Under the pieces are notes generated by a model, which was given only the letters and a program-made list of their open reading frames with translations, ran no database searches and was not told the origin of the DNA. From contig JBJNIA010186278.1 of NCBI GenBank assembly GCA_046118255.1, positions 1 through 35,504 of the forward strand: DNA of 35,504 nt. The letters are read 5' to 3'. This document shows positions 13,370-25,430 of the stretch, one piece after another. A program made the translations under genes and the position numbers. How positions within the stretch are numbered: position 1 is the first letter of the stretch; every line of letters begins with the position of its first letter. Origin of the DNA: Sluysia triapertura. Taxonomy: Eukaryota.

Positions 13370-14406
13370 ATTTCGCACTAAAACGTGCGCGAAAATTTTG
13401 AAAATATTAGAAATATTACTGTAGGATAAGGCATTGTGATACTAATTGTTGCCGCAATATTATTTATCATCATCGCGTTCGTTTCGAATAGATTCAAATA
13501 CGTACGTTTGACATCCGAACAATGGTGAAAATTATCATTGTACTATTCTGCATCATCATCATCATCACCAAGAATGCCATCTTTATCACTTTCAATTTGT
13601 GAGTCTCCATTTATATCTGATGGCGGGCACGTAACAAATTTAAGATCCACTTTGGTAGCTTGTATCTATTTGTCATTCATCTCTGATGAATACCACACCT
13701 ACGGAAGGTCTCAAAATACCAACGGAAAGTCTGAAGTAGGATTAGAACGAGAAAATTTAACACAAATTGTAGGTTTGAATTCCCAACCGATGTGATTAAA
13801 TCTCCGTCTTTAATAACTTTTCCCATCACTGATAATACTTCTTGATCTGTTAATTTATTCGTTACGAACTCTGATAACTATGCTCATGCTGACAAACATG
13901 TCTAATGTGTTCAATCTATCTAAAGACTTTTCGATTTTCTAGCAATAAAAATACACAAAGCTTTCTGGACAACTTAACTTTTTTTCTTAACCAAATATTT
14001 CTCTTTTACATCATACAAATTAAAATCAAAATCAGATTTAAACCCATCAATCGAAATAAACATTGTATCAGTGTTATTAAGTAGTTATGACATGCAATCC
14101 AATTTCTTCATTTGGCACGTTTGATATTGAATATTTTTAATTATTTTTTTGATTTAACATCTTATTCATTCGGCCAATTGTCGAAGCGAAACTGTCGATC
14201 CAGTGGTGCCAATTAAAATATTGAAATCGAGAACATCATTCATTGACATGTCCACATTATTGTCAGTGAATGGATACACAAATTCTTAAGAATTATTAGT
14301 ATTGGAAAATGTGTTTGACAATTGAATCGACGTGAATTTACTGTAGCAGTAGGAAGAATTGGTAGAATAAAACTGTAAAACTTGGATTATTGCTTGTCGG
14401 GGAATT
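13370..14406 (-). pseudogene. Orphan pseudogenic exon, no family recognised
   Basis: Begins after a TTTTAG acceptor and has long protein-like stretches (VYPFTDNNVDMSMNDVLDFNILIGTTGSTVSLRQLAE; NKLTDQEVLSVMGKVIKDGDLITSVGNSNLQFVLNFL; DDDDD tract), interrupted by stops and frameshifts. Confidence 0.45.
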
Positions 14407-14489
14407 CTAAAATTTATTATTATTAATAATAAGAATAATACCATTAGCTAGATAATAGTAAATAATAAACTTAGTTATACAGTCGCGTT

Positions 14490-15500
14490 TGGCTTTATTA
14501 CTTTATCTGTGCATTCTGATTTCAGGTTTGTATATAATTTCCAAATCGAATTCTGATAACTTAGTAAACCAACTATTTACTCTCCTTACTTCATCTCTAT
14601 GGTTATATAATTAAGTTAGAGGTTTATGGTCTGCATGCAAATAAACTTTTTGTTATAGTAAGCAATGTTTAAACAATTTACATGTATACACTATTGCTAA
14701 ATATTCTCTTATTATAGTAGGATAATTCATTTCGGCTTTATTTAGGCAGTAGCTTGCGTAATCTATAACTTCTTCGAGATTATTATTATCTTATGTCTCA
14801 AAATAGCTTCGAAAGCATAATAAAAGGTTTAATAATAATGTCCACGAAAATTATTATTAGTGCTGTGGTAAGTATTTTCTTTAATTAATGAGTACATGCA
14901 AGTGCTTGTTCATCAGTCTACATAAATTCAACATTTTTTCTAGTTTTTCACAGGAGTTATGCAATCTTAGTGAAATCTTTAACAGATATTCTATAATAAT
15001 TTGCGAGTCCTAACGTCTTTTTCAATGTTACGATAATTAAACGTAACATCACTTTTTCGACACATTATGTCCTGAAAACTCAACTTGTTTCTAGGTTTTA
15101 ATTTTTAATCCAGCTATCACTGGTCTTTTAAAAATATTATCAATAACTTTTGTATGGGTTTCGAAATTTCTTGAAAAAATTATGCAATATATATATATAA
15201 ACATTTTTACAAGTCGATAAAATGAAATTTATGCAACGCTGCTGAAAAGTTGCTTGGGAAACAATAATTCGGAAAGGCATTTTCTCACATTCATAAAATC
15301 CATCATTACATATAAAAACTGTTTTCCTTTTGCCTTTTCCTGCCAATAATGGTACGAGTCGTGAAATATGGCGCATTTCCTAACTAATCCAACATTTTAT
15401 CTATTATTGGCAGTTAAACACGTATTTTCTAGTTATTTTATTTAATTCCCTAAAACATATACAAAATCTCATTGTTTCATCTGCTAGTATTTTCTTATAC
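14490..15500 (-). mobile_element. Degenerate Ty3/gypsy reverse transcriptase-RNase H
   Basis: MRFCICFRELN, GFYECEKMPFR..QATFQQ, LGLANYYR..KDFTKIA, VIDYASYCLNKAEMNY and LSEFDLEIIYKP occur in canonical order. Confidence 0.88.
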
Positions 15501-16509
15501 TTTTGCAAATTGGTTACGATTACTAATGATCCGCCTACGGTATACGCTTTAATTCTAAGGAGATGTGCACGTAAGCTTAAAAACTTCTAGAATTATTTAA
15601 TTATCTGTGAATTTATACTTTTATCTTCTAAAGTAGTGAAAAATTATCAATTACTAGTGTATTGTTCTTGTAAAGCTTCTGAGGTTTTTTCTATAAATCT
15701 GCTACGGTAATTTATGTCTTAATTTCTTTAATAATAATCAACACGTAAGGGTTTATATTATTTACCAATAAACCTTTATTTTATTCCTTTCAAATATTAG
15801 TCCCGTTTTTAATATAAGTTTGTAGTTCTATTCTTAAAAATTTCTTTATAACTTTTGAAATTCAATTTCAACTATGTTTGTCTTTTAAAATTTATTAAGT
15901 AATAAGGTATTCAATATATTTAAACTTAATTTTTTCTTAGTTTAATAATTGAAATAATCAGTAGATTATGTAAGAATGGTACCTTAACAATTTTATTATT
16001 TGTATTACTATCTCTAACATCATCCAAATCAAATAAAAAGCATCAAATTCCAAAATTATATTGCTAAAATTGTCAAATAACAAATTGATCCAGATAATAA
16101 TTATAAAAATAATTTACGGTTATTATTAGAAAGAATACTTCTAAAGCAATTGAAGATTTTAAAAATTTATTTTATGTCTAGTGTAAAACTAAACTTGTAG
16201 TTCAAAATTTAAGTATGATTTTATATCTCCTAGCAGAGATAAAATCTATTATAAAAAACTTAATGATAGTTCTAAAATTTAACCACAGAAAAAAAATAAT
16301 TTTGAATAGTGCTGGAACCGAATTCAATAATGTAGATCAGGACACATAAAAATGGATTGATTTCCACCAAATAGTTTTGCTTAACCTCACCAAATAAAAA
16401 AACAATTGAATATCACCGATTGAAGTAAATATCACCAGATGATTCGAAAAAATGTTCAAGTCACGAATTTCTATTAGATTCAACTTCACGTAGTTTTTTT
16501 AAAGTGTAG

Positions 16510-16770
16510 TCTCAAATTCTTCCTGTGGCTTATTTACACTAATCGTAAGTAATAATTATTCATCACAAGATAATCATTATTTATTTTTTACGTACAAAGA
16601 AAATTTAGAAGCTATGCATACCAGTGTCAAATGAGGTAAATATTCATATTCACTAATTTATTTTTTGTAATTTCAGGTTATATAAGGTGAGTTTAACATT
16701 TATTTAACATTTATTATTCTTTTAGAATTCAGATGCATCCCGACAAAATTATATTCAGACAAAATAATTA
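16510..16770 (+). other. Run of three very short GT-AG introns separating 36-nt and 10-nt micro-exons
   Basis: GTAAGT..AAAG 16545-16599, GTAAAT..CACTAAT..TTTCAG 16636-16676 and GTGAGT..TTTTAG 16687-16725. Confidence 0.55.
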
Positions 16771-17169
16771 AAATGAGCAACAATTTTATATTAAATAATA
16801 AAATAACGAAGTTTAACAAATAAAATGTAAACACACAAAAATTAATCAACAATCTCGTAACAATACATTATTAGAACTCACTATAACATTATTAACTGAA
16901 TTGTCTTGTTTCTTATATTTCAATTTTCTTTCGTTCCCGGATACACCTTTGGTCGTATATAAGGTGGGGGGCATATATATAACAACAGTAGTTTTTTAGT
17001 GCATATCTTTTAATAATTGTTGAATAATTATTTAAAAAATAATATAATTTATTAATGATTATACCCTGTAATTTGATTATGACAAAAATACTTAATTATC
17101 ACATGAACGACATTTAATTTAAAAAGGAATTTTAGCGTATGACAGAAATATAACAACACTTAGTTTAAT

Positions 17170-17950
17170 AAAGTTAAGCTAGCATTAAGCTAACTAGATT
17201 TTTCATCTCCTCGAGGATGATTTCTTCCCAAGCAGAAAGAATGGCTGCTTTCAAATCCTTTGTGTCAAGTTTGCGTCCATTCCGGTAAATCTTCCGAACG
17301 AGTAAACCCCAGAGGTTCTCAACACAAAACCCGAATTTGGTTATCTTCAGACCATTTAGTTGTTTCCGCAGAGCAATGGATTGAACAATTGTCTTGTTGG
17401 AAGATCCAGTTTCGGCCTCCAATTTGACCTGCAAGGGGTTGAGAAAGTTATTGAGTGTTTGAATATACTTCTGTGAATTTTGTTTATCGTTTAAGAACCC
17501 ATTCCAACCAAAGGCTGCCCAGACCATCACCGAACCACCTCCAAATCCGGACTCTTCCTTAGATCATACCAATAAAACTGGCATCCATCGGCCATCAAGG
17601 TTAAATTTTTTTCTCGTCACTGAATATAATTTGATGCCATTTTAAAATCCATGGTGTGCATACTTGTGTCCAGGTGACCTGTGCCGATTGTGCGTTTCTG
17701 TGAGTTTTGGTTTGGGCTTCCCCTTCTCATATCTTAAGTATTGGCAATTGCCTACAATCCTTTGGACAGTTCTTATTGAACAAGGAAGCTGATGGACCAA
17801 TTTAATCTGTTTTGGAGATATATTTTTGTAAGTGATGTCCCTTGTTTGTCTCTCGATGTCAACTTTGGTTTCCGCCGTCTTCTTATTTCTTTCCATAATT
17901 CTCGGGATCTTGAAGAAATCAAGTGATTATGCTTGCATCTCTGTTAATGA
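17170..17950 (-). mobile_element. Tc1/mariner (Tc3-like) transposase pseudogene
   Basis: FSDEKKFNLDG, GGGSVMVWAAF, QQDN..IH and ENLWGLLVRKIY..LKAAILSAWEEI, plus the HTH segment CSIRTVQRIV. Frameshifted. Confidence 0.92.
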
Positions 17951-18239
17951 GACGTCCATTTTCTCTTATTTCCAAATTTGCATCTTTATAGGCCAAAAGT
18001 TGTCCAATTTCAATGTTGGGTATTGTTAATGATAATTATGATTTTAAAATTATGGTTGAAATTCAAATTAAAATTTCATTTATATTTATCTTTATAAATT
18101 ATATTATTAAGTTTTGTTAAAATTTTTCGATTCAAAATTTGTAAATCTAAACAAATTACTATATTTTCTTTAGATAAAATATGAAAATAAAGACACAAAA
18201 TTTTATTTGTTAGAGATTTAATTTAAATTCTTCACTCCT

Positions 18240-19844
18240 GCTTATGATTCTTCTTTTAGTTGTTTCGCCTACTAAATAATAATAATAATAAATAAACAAT
18301 AACAATAATAATAATTGATAACACAAAGGATATGAATATAAAAATTGTTTACCTTAATGTTATAGTCCATTAAAATACTTACAATGTTTATGCTTACAAT
18401 TTTCAGGGAAAATTTTACATATCGTTACTTTATGTTTCCAGATTATTTCTCTCTGGTATTCTTTATAAAAGTAAAGTAACTTAATCATTGATAACAATAA
18501 GTTTCGAATAATTTTTTTATCATTAACAAAAAGTATATTAAGTTTAATTAAAACAATTTTATTATATACGACAAAAAGTTTGTTTTTAGGAAATAAGTCT
18601 TCTATTGACTGGAATTTGTCCTGTACTACACATTGTTGCATTGCACCGATCCTAAGTCTAAACATGTTATCTAAAATGTAAAATGTTATAAATTCAAAAT
18701 CAAATCTTACATACAATATCTGATTGTGAACAAACTTCCTAATAGACTTCCATGGCTTCATTGATAATCAGTAATGTAGATAGGTATCGGCCAGACAAAA
18801 ATAAATTAATTCTTATAACTCGTGATGTAATGGAACACTTTAATATATCTTTTTTATCTCTGCGGCTGACCATACAATTGACCTTCAACTAAGACTCTTC
18901 AATGAATTTTTTGATAAATTAAACAAATATATAAAATGACTCGAATCTAATAAAATTGACGAACTTACGAACTCGGCGTCGACATATGTGGTACTTAAGA
19001 GAGTTGATAATTCATTTCTTTCTCGTTCATAATGAATAATTGATTTCATGACTACAAATAATTTCTTTTCTAGCATTACGACTAAATTAACTTTTTCTTT
19101 ATGTAATGAACTATGTATAGTTGACGAAAGGTCTTTTAACGCGTTCAAAAGTTTCTGTTTAAGTTTTCCATTCATATAAACTAACATATTATTTTTTAGG
19201 AATTTACGAAATATTTTAGAAGAACAATCGTCTTTATACAAATTTTCGCCAAAATCATCAGAGGCATCAAAGTAATTTAATAAAAGGATTATAAACTTTT
19301 AAATAAAACGAAAAAGATTACTTCTAACAACGTCTGGTATTAAGCAATTTATAATTAAATCATTTGCGTTCATTCGTGTCAATGTTTAGGCATCTGTTTG
19401 TTGTAATTCATCATGAGAAGTAAGTGAAACTTTATAACTTCGATATACATAATATTGATTGTAGGCGATACATAGACTGTTATAAAAGTCTTTATTACTA
19501 TAGATTTCTAAGTCATCTTTAAATAGTTTTACGTTATCCAATTGATTGGTTAAGATTTCATAAGTTTGATCAATTTTCTGTTGAACTGGTTCATTTGTTA
19601 ACTTTTCTCGTTCTGGTTTAATCGATGAATTTTCATTACAGGATGGTGATATTAGATGTGCATCACTTCGTGTGGTATCTAAATCATGTTTCATCATTAT
19701 TAATTGTTAATTTCTGAAAAATGTATCCCGTAAGTATAAAAATAAGATCTACAATTTGATTATTGAAAAACGCTAACTTGTTATTTAATTTTGTAATTTT
19801 TTTGCTGCCAAAATATTGCTTCTATTTTTGCTATTTTTGATCAT
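18240..19844 (-). pseudogene. Orphan intron-containing pseudogene; main exon is a single 446-codon frame with six internal stops
   Basis: ORFs 19386-19697, 18885-19241 and 18360-18761 share one frame. Candidate short introns flank it at 19714-19777 and 18272-18352. Confidence 0.6.
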
Positions 19845-20265
19845 CCAATCGGGGCCTTTAAAAAGTGATATACATGAAAGTAGGTCTCGATTGGATGAAG
19901 TGTGCAATAATTATATTAAAAATTAATAACGAACATGACTGATGTTTGACCATCATCAGTGTTGGCACTTTAATGAAAAATATAACATGTAGTGTCAACA
20001 CTGGTGATGGTAGCGACCAGGTTGATCGTCATTAATTGAAAATTTTTATATTTTGATGAATTGATGATAATAATACTAATAACAATAATAATATTGCTAT
20101 CATTATTGAATCTTGTTTTTAATAAAAATCACACGAGTTTTTCTTTCGACTTCTTGTATTTCTTACATATATAAGATAAATGAAAAGTAAAAACTATTGA
20201 TATTATGTGAAGGAGCAACGGTAACGTGGTATGCTATGCTTAAGTTATCGTTGCTGCCTTCCACA
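19822..20265 (+). ncRNA. Cluster of pre-miRNA-like hairpins (three strong, two weaker)
   Basis: Strong stems: 19841-19857/19882-19898, 19949-19969/19991-20011 and 20206-20265. Weaker stems: 20062-20105 and 20136-20195. Non-Watson-Crick pairs in the strong cores are G.U on the plus strand. Confidence 0.55.
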
Positions 20266-21769
20266 AAAGAAATGAATTTTTTAAAACGATATTAAATTTA
20301 TTTTGAATTTTTGAAGATGAAAATGGCTTGAGCTGCAAGTGAAACAAAGAATGTTAGAATAAATTCTTGAGGTTTAAGGTTTATAATTAAAAACAAGATT
20401 TATGCTTTGAATATAATGGTTTGAAAGGCTTGTTAAAAGGTTATGGTTTATTAGGTTTGAAAGACAATTGCAAAATAAATCTTGGCGTATTTACCATGTT
20501 GTTGTAAAATGTGGATAATGATTATGTGTAAATGAAATGAGTTTGACTTAGTGTAATTGATTCGAGGTTGTAACATAATGTTTTCTGTTTCAGGTACTTG
20601 TTAATGTTGTTAACTGGTGTTAATGTATTTGTGATTTAATGTTACGTTGTGGTTGTGATTTGGTTTGGGAGGATGACTATTGAGTGAATGTTATGGATTA
20701 TTCGGTATTAATTATCAAAGTATAGTGTAAGGTGAATGAGTGTATTAAGCCAATTGTTTGAGATGTGTATGTTGGATTGTTATAAATGTCAAATATTGTT
20801 TATGATGAATCAGTTAATGTAATTCGATAGTATGAAATGTGATTGATTTAGATGTTATGCTTTTTGTGAACTAGTTGTAATTTGATAATGTTGAGTGTGA
20901 TTGTGATTTAAATGTAAGGTTTTAGTGAATCTTGGACTACGCGTGTTGACCACTACAATTTGTATTACGTGACCAATTTCTCCTTGTAGTTAAAATTAGA
21001 AGTGGTTCTAACATAGATATTTTCGGAACATTTAGGCCAATTTCATCTAATTTTTCTAATAATATTGATTTAGGCATAATTTGTTCATTCATTCATATAT
21101 ATTCAATTAATAATTTGTATTAGTTTGTGTTTGTGCTTCCTAAAATTTGTTTTCCATTTCGTATGTTTTCTTGCGATATTTTCCTTTAATCGATAGCTTT
21201 TTTCATTCTCTAATTAAGTTTGTAAAATTCTAATTTTTGTTTCCTGTATTCAATTTTGACACCATTCATTTCCAAAATTGAGCGCATTTTGAGATTTCCT
21301 TTTTAATTTCAGACTATTTCCTTGAAGCTATTGAGGTTACTAAGATATCTATCACAAATGATTAATAAAATAAAAAGTTTTAAAATCTTTTAGATTAAAA
21401 TATCTTATTGTTGCATGTTTATAATAAGTTTTAAGACATTAATAGTTTATTATATTGTTTTCAATTTATCTCATTTTAAATGATTTGGTTGTTTCTATCA
21501 TGAAAAATGAATAAATACAATTATTTTGATTTTATTTTAATATTCTTAAATTAAAATTTCAATTGATTATTTTATTACAGGGTTTAAGTCTTATTTCGAA
21601 TTTTTTAAAATTATTTATAATAATGAACATAATTTGAACAATATAAAAATATATTAAGTTATAAAATTTAATCAATAATAATTTCACCTTCTCTACATCT
21701 TAATGTACACGGTAGCATATTCATGTAATATCCGTTGCGGTCACGCTCAGATTCTATTTCATTATTCGG

Positions 21770-22400
21770 TTTTATCCTTTTTACTAATTATTTTCATTTC
21801 GAAAAAGCATTCTCAGTGGGATTTAAAAATGGCGAATAAGGAAGTAAATATCCAAACTCTCACATTATCCATTATGAACAATATTCTTTCGCTATTTTTT
21901 CTCTAATTTTGTCGATCAAGTTATTAAGGAATAGAATGTAGGACGTGCAATAGAAGATTTCAGATTGGGAAATTGCACATTTCTAGACTTTATTTGTGAC
22001 ACAGTGATAACCGTAGACGAACTAATTGTCGCTCTTCCTCTTGATGTCCTCATTGAAACGTTGAGCCTTCAGTCTCATCTATAAATATAAGGTTCGAAGG
22101 AAATGTTTCTGTTCGATACTGCAAAAACCTTCTTAAATAAGCCTTTCTTTTATAAATATAATTTGTAGTGTTGCTGCGCTCTGGAATTAGTGAAACTCTA
22201 GTGAATAATTGAATAATTAGCAGTTGTAGTTGTAGAAACAGCTATATTAAAACCTTTGATCAATCCAGTCTTTCAGTGTGCTTATCTGGTCTCCATTTAA
22301 TAATGCAACACTTTGCACCTTTAGGCCTAGCCTTAGTTTTAATATAAGAATCCATTGTTTCTTTTTCATTCCAAAAATATATGATTTTATGATATTTTCT
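21770..22400 (-). mobile_element. IS630/Tc1-like DDE transposase remnant
   Basis: FIDET, NVSMRTSRGRA..QIKSRN and YLLPYSPFLNPTENAF (LPPYSPxLNPIE motif). Frameshifted. Confidence 0.82.
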
Positions 22401-22936
22401 CGTACTTCATTTTTTTTCATTAAAAAAAGTTCGAAGTAAGGGTTGATATATTTGAGAATATTTGAATAAATTATATTTGTACTTTCAAATTTTATCTAAA
22501 GATGAACTGCTTATTTTAATAATAATTATTAAATAATTTAATTATTTAATAATTAATAAATAATATTAAGAAACAAAAATTACAGTTTAATTTATTTATA
22601 AATTAAAACTTGTAATGAAATAATAATTCAAATGAACTTTTTTACAAATATGTTTTCACTTCGACATGTGCAGCTTTGAAAATTATTGAATTTTTTTATT
22701 TTAAATGTTACTAGTGACAAAATGTGTTGCCTAATTTCGTACATTGTGAATATTAGAAATTTTCTACAACTTATTAAAGACTTGATAAAATGCGTTTTTA
22801 AAGAAATTATTATGCTTTATTATAAAATACCTCAACATAACAAGTGAAATTTTATATTAATGAATTAGTAATATAAATTTTGTTATATTAAATTGTTTTT
22901 CAAAAATCTATCTTTATGCAAGTGTTTTAAATCTAG

Positions 22937-23094
22937 GTTTACAAAAGCAAGGTCTACATTGTTGCAAATGCAGATATAATTACCATAAAATATGTGCTTC
23001 TCAAATAAATATAGAAATCTGCCAGGAAAGTTGTGATGTGAATGAACCCGATATTTACAACAGCACTGTTTTTGGTATTCCTTTATCTAAACAA
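22937..23094 (+). CDS. Exon of C1-domain + RhoGAP protein (second half of C1 zinc finger and start of RhoGAP)
   Basis: TCTAG acceptor, then (G)LQKQGLHCCKCRYNYHKICASQINIEIC...STVFGIPLSKQ, then a GT donor in phase 0. GLxxQGxxCxxCxxxxHKxC is the C1 signature and VFGxPL precedes RhoGAP domains. Confidence 0.88.
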
Positions 23095-24024
23095 GTTATT
23101 TTATATTTATTGAAATTTTATTTCATTACATTAAATGTATTTTGTTTATATTTCAATCCATTTTACATCCCTTTACATTCATCATTCAGTAATCTACAGA
23201 AATTTATTAAGATCAAATGTATCGCTTGTAGTTAATAAATAAAAAATAATTTAGATTTTTTAACAAATAAGGTCGAAAACACATAATCGACTTCGAAAAC
23301 TATTTCAAGAACAAAAAGAAACTATGTTGATAAAAATTCATCAATTCGGAATAAATATGAGTGAAAGAACCATCGGTAATGTGTTGGATTTGTTTTCTTA
23401 TTCCCTTAGAACTAGACAAAAAAACACTCAAAATACCATTGAGGCTCAAAATTCATTCTAGTGTTTTTTGCTCACTTCAACAAGTTCACTAATAATCCCA
23501 AAATGTTGCATTAAATAGTGAAGATTTTTATAAATTTATTATTAGTTTGTGAAAAAATTGATAGTGAATTTAAAAGGTCTGTTAGTAATTGAAAATGCTG
23601 CTTTTTATAAGAAACATGAAATAAAGGATTTAATATAGCGTAAAGAAGATTAAATATTGTTTTTACTATATTATTCTCTTCTTGAATTCTACTGAATCTT
23701 ATCTTAAATAAAGGTCAAGTGGTGCAAATTCGAAAAAAAACTAAATATCGTGATGAAAGATTCCGTGGTTGAAATAACTTTCGAAAATTGTTCTATACAA
23801 CTTTAAATTAAGTATACAACTTTCTAAAGTATCAACAATGTACTTCTATTTTCATAATCCATGATATTATTCATTCATTATCGATCGCATACGTACAAAA
23901 ATCTAAATTCATTAAGCATATATGGTGATCATTTTTAGAATTTGTTTTAAAATGTTTTAATAAATATATTTTTGTTACTTATCATACAATTACATTTTTC
24001 GATATAAAAGTATAATTAAAACTA

Positions 24025-25430
24025 AACACACCGTACTGGGTCAATTGACACATTTACGGATTATTATGATTTTTTTACTAGGCCACCAATTATATTTATT
24101 TTTTTGCAATGACTTTTCTTGAAACATTAATTCCTTTTTCATGTAACGTTTTTTTACTTTGCTTTTTTCAAGAAAACAAATGCAACCTTGCATAAACTAC
24201 CATGAGGGGTCAATTGACCCTGATTTAAATTCCATACAAACGTGAGGTTTTCATTATGTTTTTATGTTATGAAAGGAAATGTTGAAAGTGCATTTTCATT
24301 GATTATTGATGACAGTTTGTTGGAAAAAATAATAAAATACACTGAAGCGGAAGCATTCCGAGTAACTGGAATTGTCTTTGGAAAAGTTGCAATCATTTAT
24401 TGGTATTCTCTATGCACGTAGTTCATACCAAGAAAAGAACTTGAACATGTCATATCTGTGGAACAAGAAATTGGAGCCTTCATTCTTCGCAAAAACTATG
24501 AGCAGAAAGGTTTTCTATGAGATTATTCAATTTATCCGATTTGATAATAAAATCCAACGAAGCAAACGCCTAGAAACTGCTAAATTTGCTCTGATTTCTG
24601 AAATATGCAATAAAAATAGCCAAGATTGTTTCAAGCCCGGCGAACGTATTACTGTTGATGAACAATTGTTTCCTACTAAAGCAAGATGCAGGTTTACACA
24701 ATATATGTCCAAAAAACCAGATAAGTTAGGCATAAAATTCTGGTTGGCATCCGATATAAAGACCAAATACATTGTACATGGTTTTCCATATCTGGTGAAG
24801 GATGAAAACAGAATGTCTTCAGTTCCATTGTCAGAATTTGTTGTTCTGAAACTAATTGAACCTTTACAGGATGTGATAGATTTATTACTACAGATAAATT
24901 TTTTACAAGTCTTTTTCTGGCTGCAAAGTTGCTGCAGAAAAGAACTACTCTTGTAGGAACTATCCGGGCGAACAAAAGAATTACCTAAGTTTGCCAAACA
25001 GGCGAAGGATAACATGCCCCTTTATATTCAAGTAAACTATTCATATCAGAACATTGTACGCTCACTGCTTACAAAAGTAAAGCAAATAAAAAACTTTGCT
25101 ACTTATTTCAAAGCATAAAACTATCAAAATTGAAGACACTAAAAAGTGTAAACCAGACACAATCAGGTGTTGATGTTTCAGATCAAATGGCAAGAGAATA
25201 AATCGTAAAATCTAAATCACGACGATGGCCGTTGCAGTTTTTTTCAAGAAGAGGAAAAAGAGAAAACTAAGAAAAGCAAAAGTACCACCAGTTTTACCTG
25301 CACGACAGCGGTGGCAGATAAAATTTTGCAGTGGAAACGAAACTACAACAATTTGTTCTAATGCAGTAAATATGTATGTTGCAAATGTGCTTATGAAAAC
25401 CCTATAAGCTGTAAAAAATGCATGGAAACC
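24025..25430 (+). mobile_element. Degenerate piggyBac (PGBD4-like) transposon
   Basis: IRFD, ITVDEQLFPTKARCRFTQYMSKKPDKLGIKFW, TDKFFTS, LVGTIRANK and GVDVSDQM, with a Cys-rich C-terminus. The subterminal palindromic motif GGTCAATTGAC occurs at ~24038 and ~24208. Confidence 0.93.

Noticed and set aside
19245-19265. Hammerhead ribozyme cores (CTGATGA here and at ~7615, 13683, 19953, 28157)
   Set aside because: None has a stem II followed directly by GAAA with the required flanking helices.
18360-19697. Alternative genetic code explaining the in-frame stops
   Set aside because: The stops are a mix of TAA and TGA, and the ~570 codons of conserved host exons contain no in-frame stops.
23415-23470. 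Inverted repeat AAAAAACACT/AGTGTTTTTT
   Set aside because: It is short and mostly A/T homopolymer, which is expected by chance at this base composition.
24527-25015. Minus-strand 162-aa and 93-aa ORFs, and the plus-strand ORF 3585-4028
   Set aside because: These are antisense shadows of the piggyBac and hAT transposase sequences.
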